Shown piece by piece: positions 32,283-41,514 of a stretch of DNA of 64,000 nucleotides. The translations under genes were made by a program, and so were the position numbers. The stretch is from Candidatus Aminicenantes bacterium (lineage in GTDB: Bacteria; Acidobacteriota; Aminicenantia; Aminicenantales; UBA8522): the NCBI GenBank assembly GCA_037444845.1, contig JBBILQ010000005.1:6185-70184 (forward strand), read 5' to 3'. A model generated the notes under the pieces. It saw nothing but the letters and a program-made list of their open reading frames with translations, was not told the DNA's origin and did not search any database. Every line of letters begins with the position of its first letter. Position 1 is the stretch's first letter.

Positions 32283-34448
32283 ATGGCCATTCCAAGCAAA
32301 AAGGGGCCGCGCTTTGTCGGCGCCGTTATCATCCTGCTCATCATCCTCTTCTTTGCCATCGAGCTCTTTATCCGTGAATCACAGGAATTTTCCCCGACCT
32401 CAGTCACTGATGTCCTTCTTTCATCGCTCCAGATCATCGTCCTCCTGCTCTTCCTGATCTTCCTCCTCATCCTGGGCAGGTATCTCCTCAAGCTCAACCT
32501 GGAAAGAAAAAGAAAAGTCGCCGGTTCCCATTTCAAGACCAAGCTCGTCCTTTTCTTTATTTTCCTCTCCTTCATCCCGACGCTTCTCCTCTTTTTCTTT
32601 GCAAGCGACCTGATCAGCCGAAACATCGAGATGTGGTTCAAGACGCCTCTCGATAAGATCCTGGATGATGCCCAAGGCTTGGCCGAGGGCGTCTATGCCA
32701 GAGCAGAAGAAGAGGCCTACCATTACGCTCTTGAACTCGGCCGGGACATCAGGAATCAGAAGTTGATCCTTCTGGAGAACAGGCTGATCCTTCGTGAATT
32801 TATCCGGACCAAGTTGGCCGAATACCGCCTGGATGAGATCGGCATCTTCCTTGAAGAGGAAGAATTGTTCACCTATCTCAACCCAAACCTGCCGCTCCAA
32901 AACTACAAGTCCATCCAATCAGGGATGGTCCAGCGGGCTCAGGCCGGTGAGGTCTTCCGGACGATCGAGCCGATGGGAAACGGCGACATGATCCGCCGCG
33001 GCGTCAGCCTCTCCATTTCCGGCGCAGGTAAAGTTTTGGTGACGACGGGGAAATTTTTTCCCCAGAGCTACGCCCAGAAAATAAATGCCATCAACACCTA
33101 CGTCCAGAGATACCGCCTTTTCATCCCCCAGAAAGTCACGGTCAAGACGTTCTACGTGATCGTCCTGATGTTCGTGACCGTGGTGATTATTTTTGCCGCC
33201 AGCTGGATCGGCTTTCACCTGGCCAAGGGTATTACTGTGCCCATCGAAAAGCTGGCCTCGGCGACCAAGGAGGTTTCCCGCGGCAACCTGGATGTGCATG
33301 TCGAGGACCCCGCCTCTGATGAGCTGGGAACGCTCATTGACTCGTTCAACCAGATGATTTCCGACCTCAAGGGAAGCCAGGAGCATATCGCCCAAAAAAC
33401 CTCTGAGCTGGAAAACCGAAAGCAGTACATCGAGACGGTCCTGAACAACATCACCACCGGCGTCATCACTCTGGACGCTGGCGGAAATATCACGACCATC
33501 AACCCGTCGGCAAGGGAGATGCTGGCCCTGGAGGAACGACACCCTGTCGGCAAGAGCTTCCGGGATGTCCTCAGCAACCTCAGGTACAGCGAAATCGTTA
33601 AGAATATTGACTGGGGCCTGAGGAATAAATACAGGCTTTCTGATAAAGAAATCACCATCGTCTCAAACGGCCAGATAACGACCGTGGCCCTGGCGCTTTC
33701 CCCGCTCGAAGGATCGAACAGCGATTTTGCGGGAATGATCGTCGTGTTTGATAACCTCACCCAGCTCATCAAGGCCCAGAAAATAGCTGCCTGGAAAGAA
33801 GTCGCCCAGATGGTGGCCCATGAGATCAAAAACCCCTTGACTCCGATTCAGCTTTCAGCGGAAAGGATCATCAAAACCCTGAAGAAAAATGACGAGAATT
33901 CCCGGGCCGTGATAGAAGAGGGGGCGATGACGATCATCCAGGAGGCCCGGACGATCAAGTCTCTGGTGGATGAATTTTCCAACTTTGCCCGCCTGCCCAA
34001 GGTCGAGCCGAAGCCGGCCGACATGCGCAGCCTGATCGATCAGACGATCGCTCTTTTCCGCGGCATTTTCAGCCAGGTCGACTTCGAAATCGAGCATGGC
34101 CGGGACATCCCGCCCGCCCTGCAGCTTGATCCCGAGCAGATGAAAAGGGTCTTCATCAATATCATCGACAACGCCATCGAGGCGATGAACAAGAAAGGCA
34201 AGATCATCGTTCGCACGTCGCTTGAGAGAAAAGAGCAACGGGTGAAAGTCGAGATCGCCGACACGGGGCCGGGAATCTCCGCCGAGGACAAGGCCAAGCT
34301 CTTCTTGCCCTACTTTTCTACAAAGAAAAAGGGCACGGGGCTGGGGTTGGCCATCGTCAACCAGATTGTCAGAGAGCACAACGGCACGATCCAGGCTGAG
34401 AACAACGCGCCTACCGGTGCCAAGTTCATCATCTATCTCCCGGCATGA
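32283..34448 (+). CDS. NtrY-like sensor histidine kinase (multi-TM, HAMP, PAS, HisKA, HATPase)
   Basis: 721 aa. H-box MVAHEIKNPLTPIQLSAE; ATPase N/G boxes. It is followed by its cognate regulator. Confidence 0.75.
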   Translation: MAIPSKKGPRFVGAVIILLIILFFAIELFIRESQEFSPTSVTDVLLSSLQIIVLLLFLIFLLILGRYLLKLNLERKRKVAGSHFKTKLVLFFIFLSFIPTLLLFFFASDLISRNIEMWFKTPLDKILDDAQGLAEGVYARAEEEAYHYALELGRDIRNQKLILLENRLILREFIRTKLAEYRLDEIGIFLEEEELFTYLNPNLPLQNYKSIQSGMVQRAQAGEVFRTIEPMGNGDMIRRGVSLSISGAGKVLVTTGKFFPQSYAQKINAINTYVQRYRLFIPQKVTVKTFYVIVLMFVTVVIIFAASWIGFHLAKGITVPIEKLASATKEVSRGNLDVHVEDPASDELGTLIDSFNQMISDLKGSQEHIAQKTSELENRKQYIETVLNNITTGVITLDAGGNITTINPSAREMLALEERHPVGKSFRDVLSNLRYSEIVKNIDWGLRNKYRLSDKEITIVSNGQITTVALALSPLEGSNSDFAGMIVVFDNLTQLIKAQKIAAWKEVAQMVAHEIKNPLTPIQLSAERIIKTLKKNDENSRAVIEEGAMTIIQEARTIKSLVDEFSNFARLPKVEPKPADMRSLIDQTIALFRGIFSQVDFEIEHGRDIPPALQLDPEQMKRVFINIIDNAIEAMNKKGKIIVRTSLERKEQRVKVEIADTGPGISAEDKAKLFLPYFSTKKKGTGLGLAIVNQIVREHNGTIQAENNAPTGAKFIIYLPA

Positions 34449-35806
34449 GCAAAGAAACTATCCTTATCATCGACGACGAAGTCAGCATCCGGTCCTCCTT
34501 GAAAGGCATCCTGGAGGACGAGGGCTTCCGGGTGACAACCGTAGAAAGCGGAGAGGAAGGCCTGGAAGCGATCAGGAATCAGAACATCGACCTCGTCCTG
34601 CTGGATATCTGGTTGCCCAAGATGAACGGGGTGGACGTCTTAAAAAAAATTAAGACCATGGAAGAAACCCCTCCAGTGGTCATGATCTCAGGCCACGGCA
34701 CGATCGAGACGGCCGTGCGGGCCACCAAGCTCGGCGCCCACGATTTCCTCGAAAAGCCCCTCTCTCTCGAGAAAGTCGTCCTGACCGTGCGCAACGCCCT
34801 GAGGCAAAAAAAGCTCGAGGAGGAAAACATCCGGCTCCGCGAAAGGCTGAAGACGAAATACTACCTCATCGGTCACAGCCCTGCCATCCAGAGATTGAGA
34901 GAAGAGATCAAGCTGGCCGCTCTGTCCAACGGCCGCGTCCTTATCACCGGAGAAAACGGAACGGGCAAGGAACTTGTCGCCCGACTCATCCACCAGCAGA
35001 GCGCCCGTCGGGAGAAGAGGTTTGTTGAGGTCAACTGCTCGGCCGTCCCGGAGAATTTGATCGAGAGCGAGCTTTTCGGGTTCGTCCAAGGCGCCTTCGC
35101 CAACGCGCAAAAAGACAAGAAAGGAAAGCTGTTGCTGGCTGACGGCGGCACTCTTTTCCTGGACGAAGTCGGCGACTTGAGCGTGAAGGCGCAGGCTCAG
35201 CTCATCCGCGCCATCGAGGATCGAAGTTTTGAACCTGTGGGCTCGACGGAAGTCATTTCCTTCAACAGCCGGATCATCGCTGCAACGAGCAAGAGTCTGC
35301 GCGATCTTATTGCCAAGCGAAAGTTCCGTGAAGACTTGTTCTTTAAACTGAATGTCATCCCGTTGACCCTGCCGCCGCTGCGCGAGAGAGCCGGGGACAT
35401 CCCTCTCCTGATCGACCATTTCCTCAAGCACTTCTCTGAAGAGTACGGCCGGAAGCCGAAGTCCATGAGCCCGGAGGCGATGAACGCCTTTCTCAAGTAT
35501 GTCTGGCCTGGAAATGTGAGCGAGCTGATGAACGTCATCGAAAGGTTTGTCATCATGGTCCAAGAAGATGAGATTTCCGGCTCTCACCTTTCGCTCTTCG
35601 TCGAAACGAGAGAACTCGAATACATCTCCGGGTTCTTCGAGGGCCACTCTCTGGAAAAAGCCAAAGAGCAATTTGAAAAGCGGTTCATCCACGAAACACT
35701 GATGCGGAACAACTGGGAAATCCCAAGAGCCGCCTCTGACCTAAAAATCGACGAGCCCGCCCTGAGGGAGAAAATCAAGGCCTTGAACATAACGTTCGTC
35801 AGCTGA
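34445..35806 (+). CDS. NtrX/NtrC-family response regulator (REC, AAA+, Fis-type HTH) with a degenerate GAFTGA motif
   Basis: Receiver domain (DLVLLDIWLP), Walker A GENGTGKE, and a C-terminal HTH. The sigma54-contact motif reads ESELFGFVQGAFANAQ, not GAFTGA. Confidence 0.75.
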   Translation: MSKETILIIDDEVSIRSSLKGILEDEGFRVTTVESGEEGLEAIRNQNIDLVLLDIWLPKMNGVDVLKKIKTMEETPPVVMISGHGTIETAVRATKLGAHDFLEKPLSLEKVVLTVRNALRQKKLEEENIRLRERLKTKYYLIGHSPAIQRLREEIKLAALSNGRVLITGENGTGKELVARLIHQQSARREKRFVEVNCSAVPENLIESELFGFVQGAFANAQKDKKGKLLLADGGTLFLDEVGDLSVKAQAQLIRAIEDRSFEPVGSTEVISFNSRIIAATSKSLRDLIAKRKFREDLFFKLNVIPLTLPPLRERAGDIPLLIDHFLKHFSEEYGRKPKSMSPEAMNAFLKYVWPGNVSELMNVIERFVIMVQEDEISGSHLSLFVETRELEYISGFFEGHSLEKAKEQFEKRFIHETLMRNNWEIPRAASDLKIDEPALREKIKALNITFVS

Positions 35807-35819
35807 CCCCAAGGCAGCC

Positions 35820-36551
35820 ATGCCGCGTGACCAATCCGAAGCCATTGTCCTGCGCAGCTTTAACGTGGGCGACCAGGATAAAATCGTCGTCCTGTTTTCG
35901 CGGGAAAAGGGCCTTCTCAGGGCCATTGCCAAAGGAGCGCGGAAGTTCGGAAACCGCTTCGGCAGCAGCCTTGAGCCCATGTCTTTAGTCAGAATTTTTT
36001 ATCATGAAAAAGAGAGGCAGGAACTTCTGACCCTGAGCAGCTGCGACCTGCTCGATTCTTGCTTCGAGGTCCTTCGCGACTACAGGACTTCCTGCACGGT
36101 TTCTTATTTTGCTGAGCTCATCGAAGAATTTTTCCCGTCACGGGCCAGGGAGGACATCCTCTTTCGTCTCCTCCTCTCCATGCTCAAGGCGGTCAAGGAA
36201 GGGGGGGATCTGGACCTCGTGAGCCGCTACTTCGAGGCCTGGTTCCTGCAGATCAACGGCCTCCTGCCTGATTTCAAGCGCTGCAAGAAATGCCGCCAGC
36301 GGACCGAAGCGGGCGGCTGGCTCGCGCCGAGGATGGACGGCGTTTACTGCGCTGATTGCGCGCCGCAAAAAAAAGACCGGACAGCCCCCGAGGTCATCTC
36401 TTTCCTCGACTGGGTCAAAAAAAACCCTCCCCCGCGAAAAGGCGTCGCCCCCTTTGCTCCCGAGCAGCTTGAAGCCATCCGGAGGACTTTGCAGAGCCTC
36501 ATCATCTTCCACTTAGAGAAAGAACCCAAAAGCCTTCACTTCCTCAAGTAA
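35820..36551 (+). CDS. recO: DNA repair protein RecO
   Basis: N-terminal OB-fold (AIVLRSFNVGDQDKIVVLFSRE) and a C-terminal Cys4 zinc motif (CKKC...CADC). Confidence 0.8.
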   Translation: MPRDQSEAIVLRSFNVGDQDKIVVLFSREKGLLRAIAKGARKFGNRFGSSLEPMSLVRIFYHEKERQELLTLSSCDLLDSCFEVLRDYRTSCTVSYFAELIEEFFPSRAREDILFRLLLSMLKAVKEGGDLDLVSRYFEAWFLQINGLLPDFKRCKKCRQRTEAGGWLAPRMDGVYCADCAPQKKDRTAPEVISFLDWVKKNPPPRKGVAPFAPEQLEAIRRTLQSLIIFHLEKEPKSLHFLK

Positions 36552-37420
36552 AGGATGAGAATGACAGCGCCGATCCACAGGACGATGTTGACGAGGAGCG
36601 GCTTGTCCTGGAGGACGATCTCTTCAGGTCTCCCCCCCTTTTTCTTCTGATGGACGAGATAGAGATAACGGAAGATTCCGTAAAGGACAAACCCGGACGT
36701 CCAAACGAGGTTGTGGGTGCCAAATTTTTCGACGGTTTCCTCTGAAATCGTGTACAGACAATAGGCGATGAGAGTTGAGGCCGTGACCACGGCGATCATC
36801 TGGTCGAGCAGGTACGCGCTGTATTCCTTAAGGATGGGCCGGTGCTCCGAGGCTTTGTCTTCGAGGAGGACAAGCTCATGCCGCCTCTTGCTCATGGCAA
36901 GAAAAAGGGCGAGCAAGCTGGCGCAAATGAGAAGCCAGGAGGAAATAGGGACGTCGATGACCAGGCCGCCGGCGATGACGCGGATGACAAACCCCGCGGC
37001 GATGACAAAAATATCCAGGATGACCACCTGCTTGAGCTTCAAGCTGTAACCTAACTGAAGGAAAAAATAGAGGAGGACGACTAGGAAAAAAGACCGATGA
37101 AGGAAGAACGCTGCGACCAGGCTGGCGAGAGAAAAGAAAATGAAGGCCGTCAGAGCCGCAGCCGGCGTGAGGTCGCCGCGGGCGATCGGCCGCCGGGATT
37201 TCTTGGGATGGGCTCTGTCTTCCTCGCGGTCGCAGAGGTCGTTGAAAATATAAAAGGCGCTGCTCTGAAGGCAAAAGATGACAAAAGCTGCGCCGGCTCT
37301 GAGGAGGAGCGCCTCCTCGAAGAATTTCCTGGCAAAAATGAGGGCAGCGAAGACGAAGAAGTTCTTCGTCCACTGCGCTGGCCGCATCGACTCCACGATA
37401 ACGCGGATTTTCATCGTCAT
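36536..37420 (-). CDS. UbiA-family prenyltransferase (decaprenyl-phosphate phosphoribosyltransferase-like)
   Basis: 294 aa, 8-9 TM segments, QWTKNFFVFAALIFA N-terminal block, and Asp-rich NDLCDREEDRAHP motif. Confidence 0.65.
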   Translation of the reverse strand: MTMKIRVIVESMRPAQWTKNFFVFAALIFARKFFEEALLLRAGAAFVIFCLQSSAFYIFNDLCDREEDRAHPKKSRRPIARGDLTPAAALTAFIFFSLASLVAAFFLHRSFFLVVLLYFFLQLGYSLKLKQVVILDIFVIAAGFVIRVIAGGLVIDVPISSWLLICASLLALFLAMSKRRHELVLLEDKASEHRPILKEYSAYLLDQMIAVVTASTLIAYCLYTISEETVEKFGTHNLVWTSGFVLYGIFRYLYLVHQKKKGGRPEEIVLQDKPLLVNIVLWIGAVILILYLRK

Positions 37421-37502
37421 TTCGAGTCATTGTATAAAAAACGCACCCTGAGGGCAACTGGTTTTATCGCGTCTCTTAAGATCTTGTGATACAATAATTT
37501 TG

Positions 37503-39668
37503 ATGAAATCGTCGTCAAGGGAAGACTTCGGGCTGCCCGATGAAGTCAACTACAAGAAGCTGACTTCGAGGAACACGCTTGTCACCATCCTCCTGTTTGT
37601 GATCCCGTTTTTTCTTCTCTATCTCGCCGTCAACCACGAAGTCTCTTCTCTTATCAAAAGTCAAATCTACACCCACTTATCCGACACCGTCGCTGAGAAC
37701 ATCAAGACCATTGCCATTTTCCTCCAGGACAGGGAGACGGACCTCCGCTCCTTCTCCCATCTCAACATCGAAAAAATCGAGGAGGTCCAGAGTTTATCGC
37801 CGTTTCTGAAGACCCTGCTCAGCGAAAAAAAATGGTATGATTTCCTCATCGTCGCTGACCTTGAAGGCGACATTATCCTGTCCATCAACCGGGACATCTC
37901 TGGCAATATCGCCAACAGAAAGTACTTCCAGGTCTCCAGGGAAGGAAAATTTTTTAACTCTGGAGTTTTTTACTCGGACATTATTCAGTCGCCCGTCATG
38001 GTCCTTTCTCATCCCCTCCTCAACCAGGAGAATCGTATCATCGGAGTCCTGGCTGCTTCCGTCGACCTCAATAGCTTCTACGGCCTTCTTTTTGACCTCA
38101 GGATCGGCAAGACCAGCGAGCTCTTCCTCGTCGATAGCAGCGGGACGCTCCTCTCGCCGACAAAGCTTGGAGGAAGACTTCTTGCAGACAAGGGCTATTG
38201 GGAAAAGGAGGGCAATCCCCATCAAGGGGAACGCGGTGTCACGACGCACGTAGACTACCGCGGCCAGAAGGTCCTCTGCGCCTACGAGTTTCTGAGCCAG
38301 TTCAACTTCTTTCTCGTCTCGGAGATGGACCTCAAGGAAGCGCTGATCCTTCTCAGGGAGGTGAACAAGATCGTGCTCTTGCTTTTCATCCCGTTCTTTG
38401 TCCTTCTCATCGTCATTTCCAACCTTCACGCTCGCCGGACGACGTCTCTGGTCAAAAAATTGACCACGAACCTCAGGTCGGCGCTCGAGGAAGCCAGGGC
38501 TAAGAAAAAAGAGGTCGATGTGATGAACATTGAGCTGGAAAAGAGGGCCAAAGAAAGCGATCTCCTGGCCGAGGAATTGCGCCTTTCGGAAGAATACATC
38601 ACGAACCTCCTGGACAGCATTTCCCTGGGAGTCATCGGCCTCAATTCATCCGGAAAGATCACCCATCTCAATAAAGAGATCCGCGGTCTCTTCAACCTCC
38701 CTGATTTGAAGAAAGGACAGGATATTCTCAAAGCTCTGCCCTGGCTGAACGACAAGGATATCGAACTGGCCTTTGAGAACACGATCTTCAACGGCAGGCC
38801 CAACCGGGTCGAGAAAAGAAGGATCGACAGGGGAAAAGGAGACGAGTATTTCAACCTCTCATTCTTTCCTGTCGAGGACGGCCACGGCAAGATCCTCGGC
38901 GTGAGCATCCTCATCGAAAACGTCACCGAGCGGGAGAAACTCCACGGACAGCTCGCCGAATACGAAAAGCTCTCGGCCCTGAGCCAGCTGGCCCTCGGCG
39001 CCGCCCACGAGATCAACAACCCCCTCCTGGGCATATCCTCTTACCTCGAAATCCTCCGCGAGGGAGCCGGCGGAGAGAGAGACAAGCAGGAAATCGAGGT
39101 TGTCCTGGAGAATGTCTACAGAATCTCAGAGACGATCCGCGGTCTCCTTAATTTTGCCCGGCCCACTCCGCCCCAATTTACCAAGATTAACATCAACCAG
39201 CTCATAGCGGATACTCTGTCCTTCCTGAGTCATCAGCCTATCTTCAGGAACATAAAGATCGATAAAACCCTGCCTCCTTCCCTGCCTCAGGTCACGGCCG
39301 ACCCGAATCAAATCCGCCAGGTTTTGACGAACATGTTCATCAACGCAGCCCAGTCCATGCCGAAAGGCGGCGATCTCCGGGTGGAAACCTCCAAGGTCAA
39401 GTTCAAGGACCTCATCCAGGTTGACATCATCGACACGGGAATCGGTATCCCGCCGGATAACCTGAAAAAAATCTTCGACCCTTTTTTCACGACAAAAAAG
39501 AGCCAGGGAACAGGGCTCGGCTTGAGCATCAGCCTGAGTTATATCAAGAACCACTCCGGAGATATCTTTGTCCAGAGCGAGGTCAATAAAGGCACGGCAT
39601 TCTCTATCGTCCTGCCCATCCGGCAGAAAGGCAAAGCGTTGATGAAAGACGAGGAGATCATCTCGTGA
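37503..39668 (+). CDS. Sensor histidine kinase with a periplasmic Cache-like domain, PAS, HisKA and HATPase
   Basis: About 721 aa. Two TM segments flank a Cache-like sensor. H-box AAHEINNPLLGI; ATPase G-box. Confidence 0.75.
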   Translation: MKSSSREDFGLPDEVNYKKLTSRNTLVTILLFVIPFFLLYLAVNHEVSSLIKSQIYTHLSDTVAENIKTIAIFLQDRETDLRSFSHLNIEKIEEVQSLSPFLKTLLSEKKWYDFLIVADLEGDIILSINRDISGNIANRKYFQVSREGKFFNSGVFYSDIIQSPVMVLSHPLLNQENRIIGVLAASVDLNSFYGLLFDLRIGKTSELFLVDSSGTLLSPTKLGGRLLADKGYWEKEGNPHQGERGVTTHVDYRGQKVLCAYEFLSQFNFFLVSEMDLKEALILLREVNKIVLLLFIPFFVLLIVISNLHARRTTSLVKKLTTNLRSALEEARAKKKEVDVMNIELEKRAKESDLLAEELRLSEEYITNLLDSISLGVIGLNSSGKITHLNKEIRGLFNLPDLKKGQDILKALPWLNDKDIELAFENTIFNGRPNRVEKRRIDRGKGDEYFNLSFFPVEDGHGKILGVSILIENVTEREKLHGQLAEYEKLSALSQLALGAAHEINNPLLGISSYLEILREGAGGERDKQEIEVVLENVYRISETIRGLLNFARPTPPQFTKININQLIADTLSFLSHQPIFRNIKIDKTLPPSLPQVTADPNQIRQVLTNMFINAAQSMPKGGDLRVETSKVKFKDLIQVDIIDTGIGIPPDNLKKIFDPFFTTKKSQGTGLGLSISLSYIKNHSGDIFVQSEVNKGTAFSIVLPIRQKGKALMKDEEIIS

Positions 39669-41038
39669 GCCTGTATTCCATCCTGATCGTCGATGATGAG
39701 ATTCTCACCCTGAACAACCTGAAAAAGGTTTTGGAAAAAGAGAACTACGAAGTCCTGGTCACGAACTCGGGAGAAAAAGCCCTGGAGATGTTCGAAAAAT
39801 ATAAGCCTCAGCTCGTTCTCCTGGATCTGATGCTTCCGGGTATCTCGGGAATTGAAGTCCTCAAACGAATCAAAGAGCTGGAGAGAGAGACGATTGTCAT
39901 CATGATGAGCGCGTACGAGATCTTAGAGAAGGCTGTCGAGTCGATGAAATTGGGCGCCTACGATTATCTGCTGAAGCCGTTTAAGGTCAGCGACCTCAAG
40001 AACACCATTCGGAGGGCCCTCGAGACCCTTTCCTTGCGCATCCGCGTCCTGGAACATCTGGAATCAGAGAAAGGCCGTTATTATTTCGGGAAAATCATCG
40101 CTGAGAGCCGCGGGATGAAAGATGTCGTCCGGTTAGCCAAGAGGGTGGCGGCTTCAGATAAGACCACGGTTATTCTTCAGGGCGAAAGCGGAACAGGAAA
40201 AGAGCTCCTGGCCAAGGCCATTCACTACCACAGCCCGCGGGCCGAAAAACCGCTTGTGGAGATCAACTGCGCAGCGATCCCTGAAAACCTGTTAGAAAGC
40301 GAGCTCTTCGGGTACGAGGCCGGAGCCTTCACGGATGCCAGAAAAAGAAAAGCGGGTCTCCTGGAAAGAGGGGACGGTGGCACAGTTTTCTTCGATGAGA
40401 TTGGCGATATGTCGCTAAACCTCCAGGCCAAGCTGCTGCGCGTCCTGGAAGAAGAGACGTTTACACGCCTGGGAGGGGCGCAGCCGATCAAAGTCAACCT
40501 CCGGGTGATCGCCGCAACAAACCAGGATCTGGCCAAAGCAACAGAGAAAGGTCAATTCCGCTCCGACCTTTTCTACAGGCTGAACGTCGTGCCCATCGTC
40601 ATCCCGCCGCTCAGAGAAAGAAAAGAAGACATCCTTCCCCTGGCCCTCTCGCTCGTCCAGGAGCTCAACCAGGAACTGCGGCGCGCCTACAAGGGAATTA
40701 CCCAAGAAGCGGCTCAGGCCATGCTTTCTTATCCCTGGCCGGGTAATGTCAGAGAGCTCAGGAACATGATCGAAAGAATCATGTCTCTTTATGCGGAGGA
40801 AGAGGTTCAGTTCGTCCATTTTCCGGCTGAAATTCGGGATTATCGAGCTTTGCCGGAAAACAAAATCATCGAGAAAATCGCTCCCGGGGAATCGATGCCC
40901 ACTCTGGAAGAGCTCGAGAAGCTGTACATCGAAAAAGTCCTGGCCTCGACCGGCCGGAACAAATCTCATGCGGCCAGAATTCTGGGTATCCATCCGACGT
41001 CGCTTTTCAGAAAGCTGAAATCCTGGGAAACCCCCTGA
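39665..41038 (+). CDS. Sigma54-dependent response regulator (REC, AAA+, HTH)
   Basis: GTG start overlapping the kinase stop. Walker A GESGTGKE. GAFTGA-like motif ESELFGYEAGAFTDA with the Thr retained. Fis-type HTH at the C-terminus. Confidence 0.8.
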   Translation: MSLYSILIVDDEILTLNNLKKVLEKENYEVLVTNSGEKALEMFEKYKPQLVLLDLMLPGISGIEVLKRIKELERETIVIMMSAYEILEKAVESMKLGAYDYLLKPFKVSDLKNTIRRALETLSLRIRVLEHLESEKGRYYFGKIIAESRGMKDVVRLAKRVAASDKTTVILQGESGTGKELLAKAIHYHSPRAEKPLVEINCAAIPENLLESELFGYEAGAFTDARKRKAGLLERGDGGTVFFDEIGDMSLNLQAKLLRVLEEETFTRLGGAQPIKVNLRVIAATNQDLAKATEKGQFRSDLFYRLNVVPIVIPPLRERKEDILPLALSLVQELNQELRRAYKGITQEAAQAMLSYPWPGNVRELRNMIERIMSLYAEEEVQFVHFPAEIRDYRALPENKIIEKIAPGESMPTLEELEKLYIEKVLASTGRNKSHAARILGIHPTSLFRKLKSWETP

Positions 41039-41111
41039 CCCGCCTCTCGTATATCTGCTAATCCTTAAGCTCGGGCCAAGCGGCCGATGCCTGCCCCAAG
41101 CCAGAAGACCT

Positions 41112-41136
41112 TGCAAAATGCGTTAGTGCAAAATGC
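41112..41136 (+). promoter_or_regulatory. Putative enhancer (UAS): direct repeat TGCAAAATGC x2, 15 bp apart
   Basis: Repeats at 41112-41121 and 41127-41136, about 60-80 bp upstream of the -24/-12 element. Confidence 0.35.
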
Positions 41137-41190
41137 TATAATTCAGCGTCTAAAGATTTTTATTTTCTTTATTTTCAATAAGATAGAAAA

Positions 41191-41206
41191 TGGCATAAGG
41201 CTTGCA
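41191..41206 (+). promoter_or_regulatory. Sigma54 (-24/-12) promoter TGGCAT-N5-TTGCA
   Basis: TGGCATaaggcTTGCA matches TGGCAC-N5-TTGCW. It lies 34 nt upstream of the 41240 ATG, which has an AAAGGAGG ribosome-binding site, and immediately downstream of a sigma54-dependent regulator gene. Confidence 0.6.
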
Positions 41207-41239
41207 ATTCCTTGGGTGTGTTCATAAAGGAGGTTTGAC

Positions 41240-41500
41240 ATGAGCATTTATAACAAATCATCCGCTGCTATCAAAAAGAAAGAGGAGGATTCCCTCCTCG
41301 AAAATGAAGGCGGCCAGATGGCCGAGGTCATCCCTTTCCCTGATATCCAAAAGATAATCGCCAAAAAGCCCGGCCAGAAAAAGAAGGCCCGCCTGGAAGG
41401 GAAGTACCTTCATTATCGCGGCAAAAAAATCCCCATCCTCCAGTTCCAGAAATCCGGATACGACAAGCTCCTGAAGCTTCTTGTCAAAGAAATTGGCTGA
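41240..41500 (+). CDS. Hypothetical small Lys-rich protein (86 aa)
   Basis: Strong AAAGGAGG ribosome-binding site. No recognisable family. Confidence 0.5.
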   Translation: MSIYNKSSAAIKKKEEDSLLENEGGQMAEVIPFPDIQKIIAKKPGQKKKARLEGKYLHYRGKKIPILQFQKSGYDKLLKLLVKEIG

Positions 41501-41514
41501 GAAGAGGTAAGACG

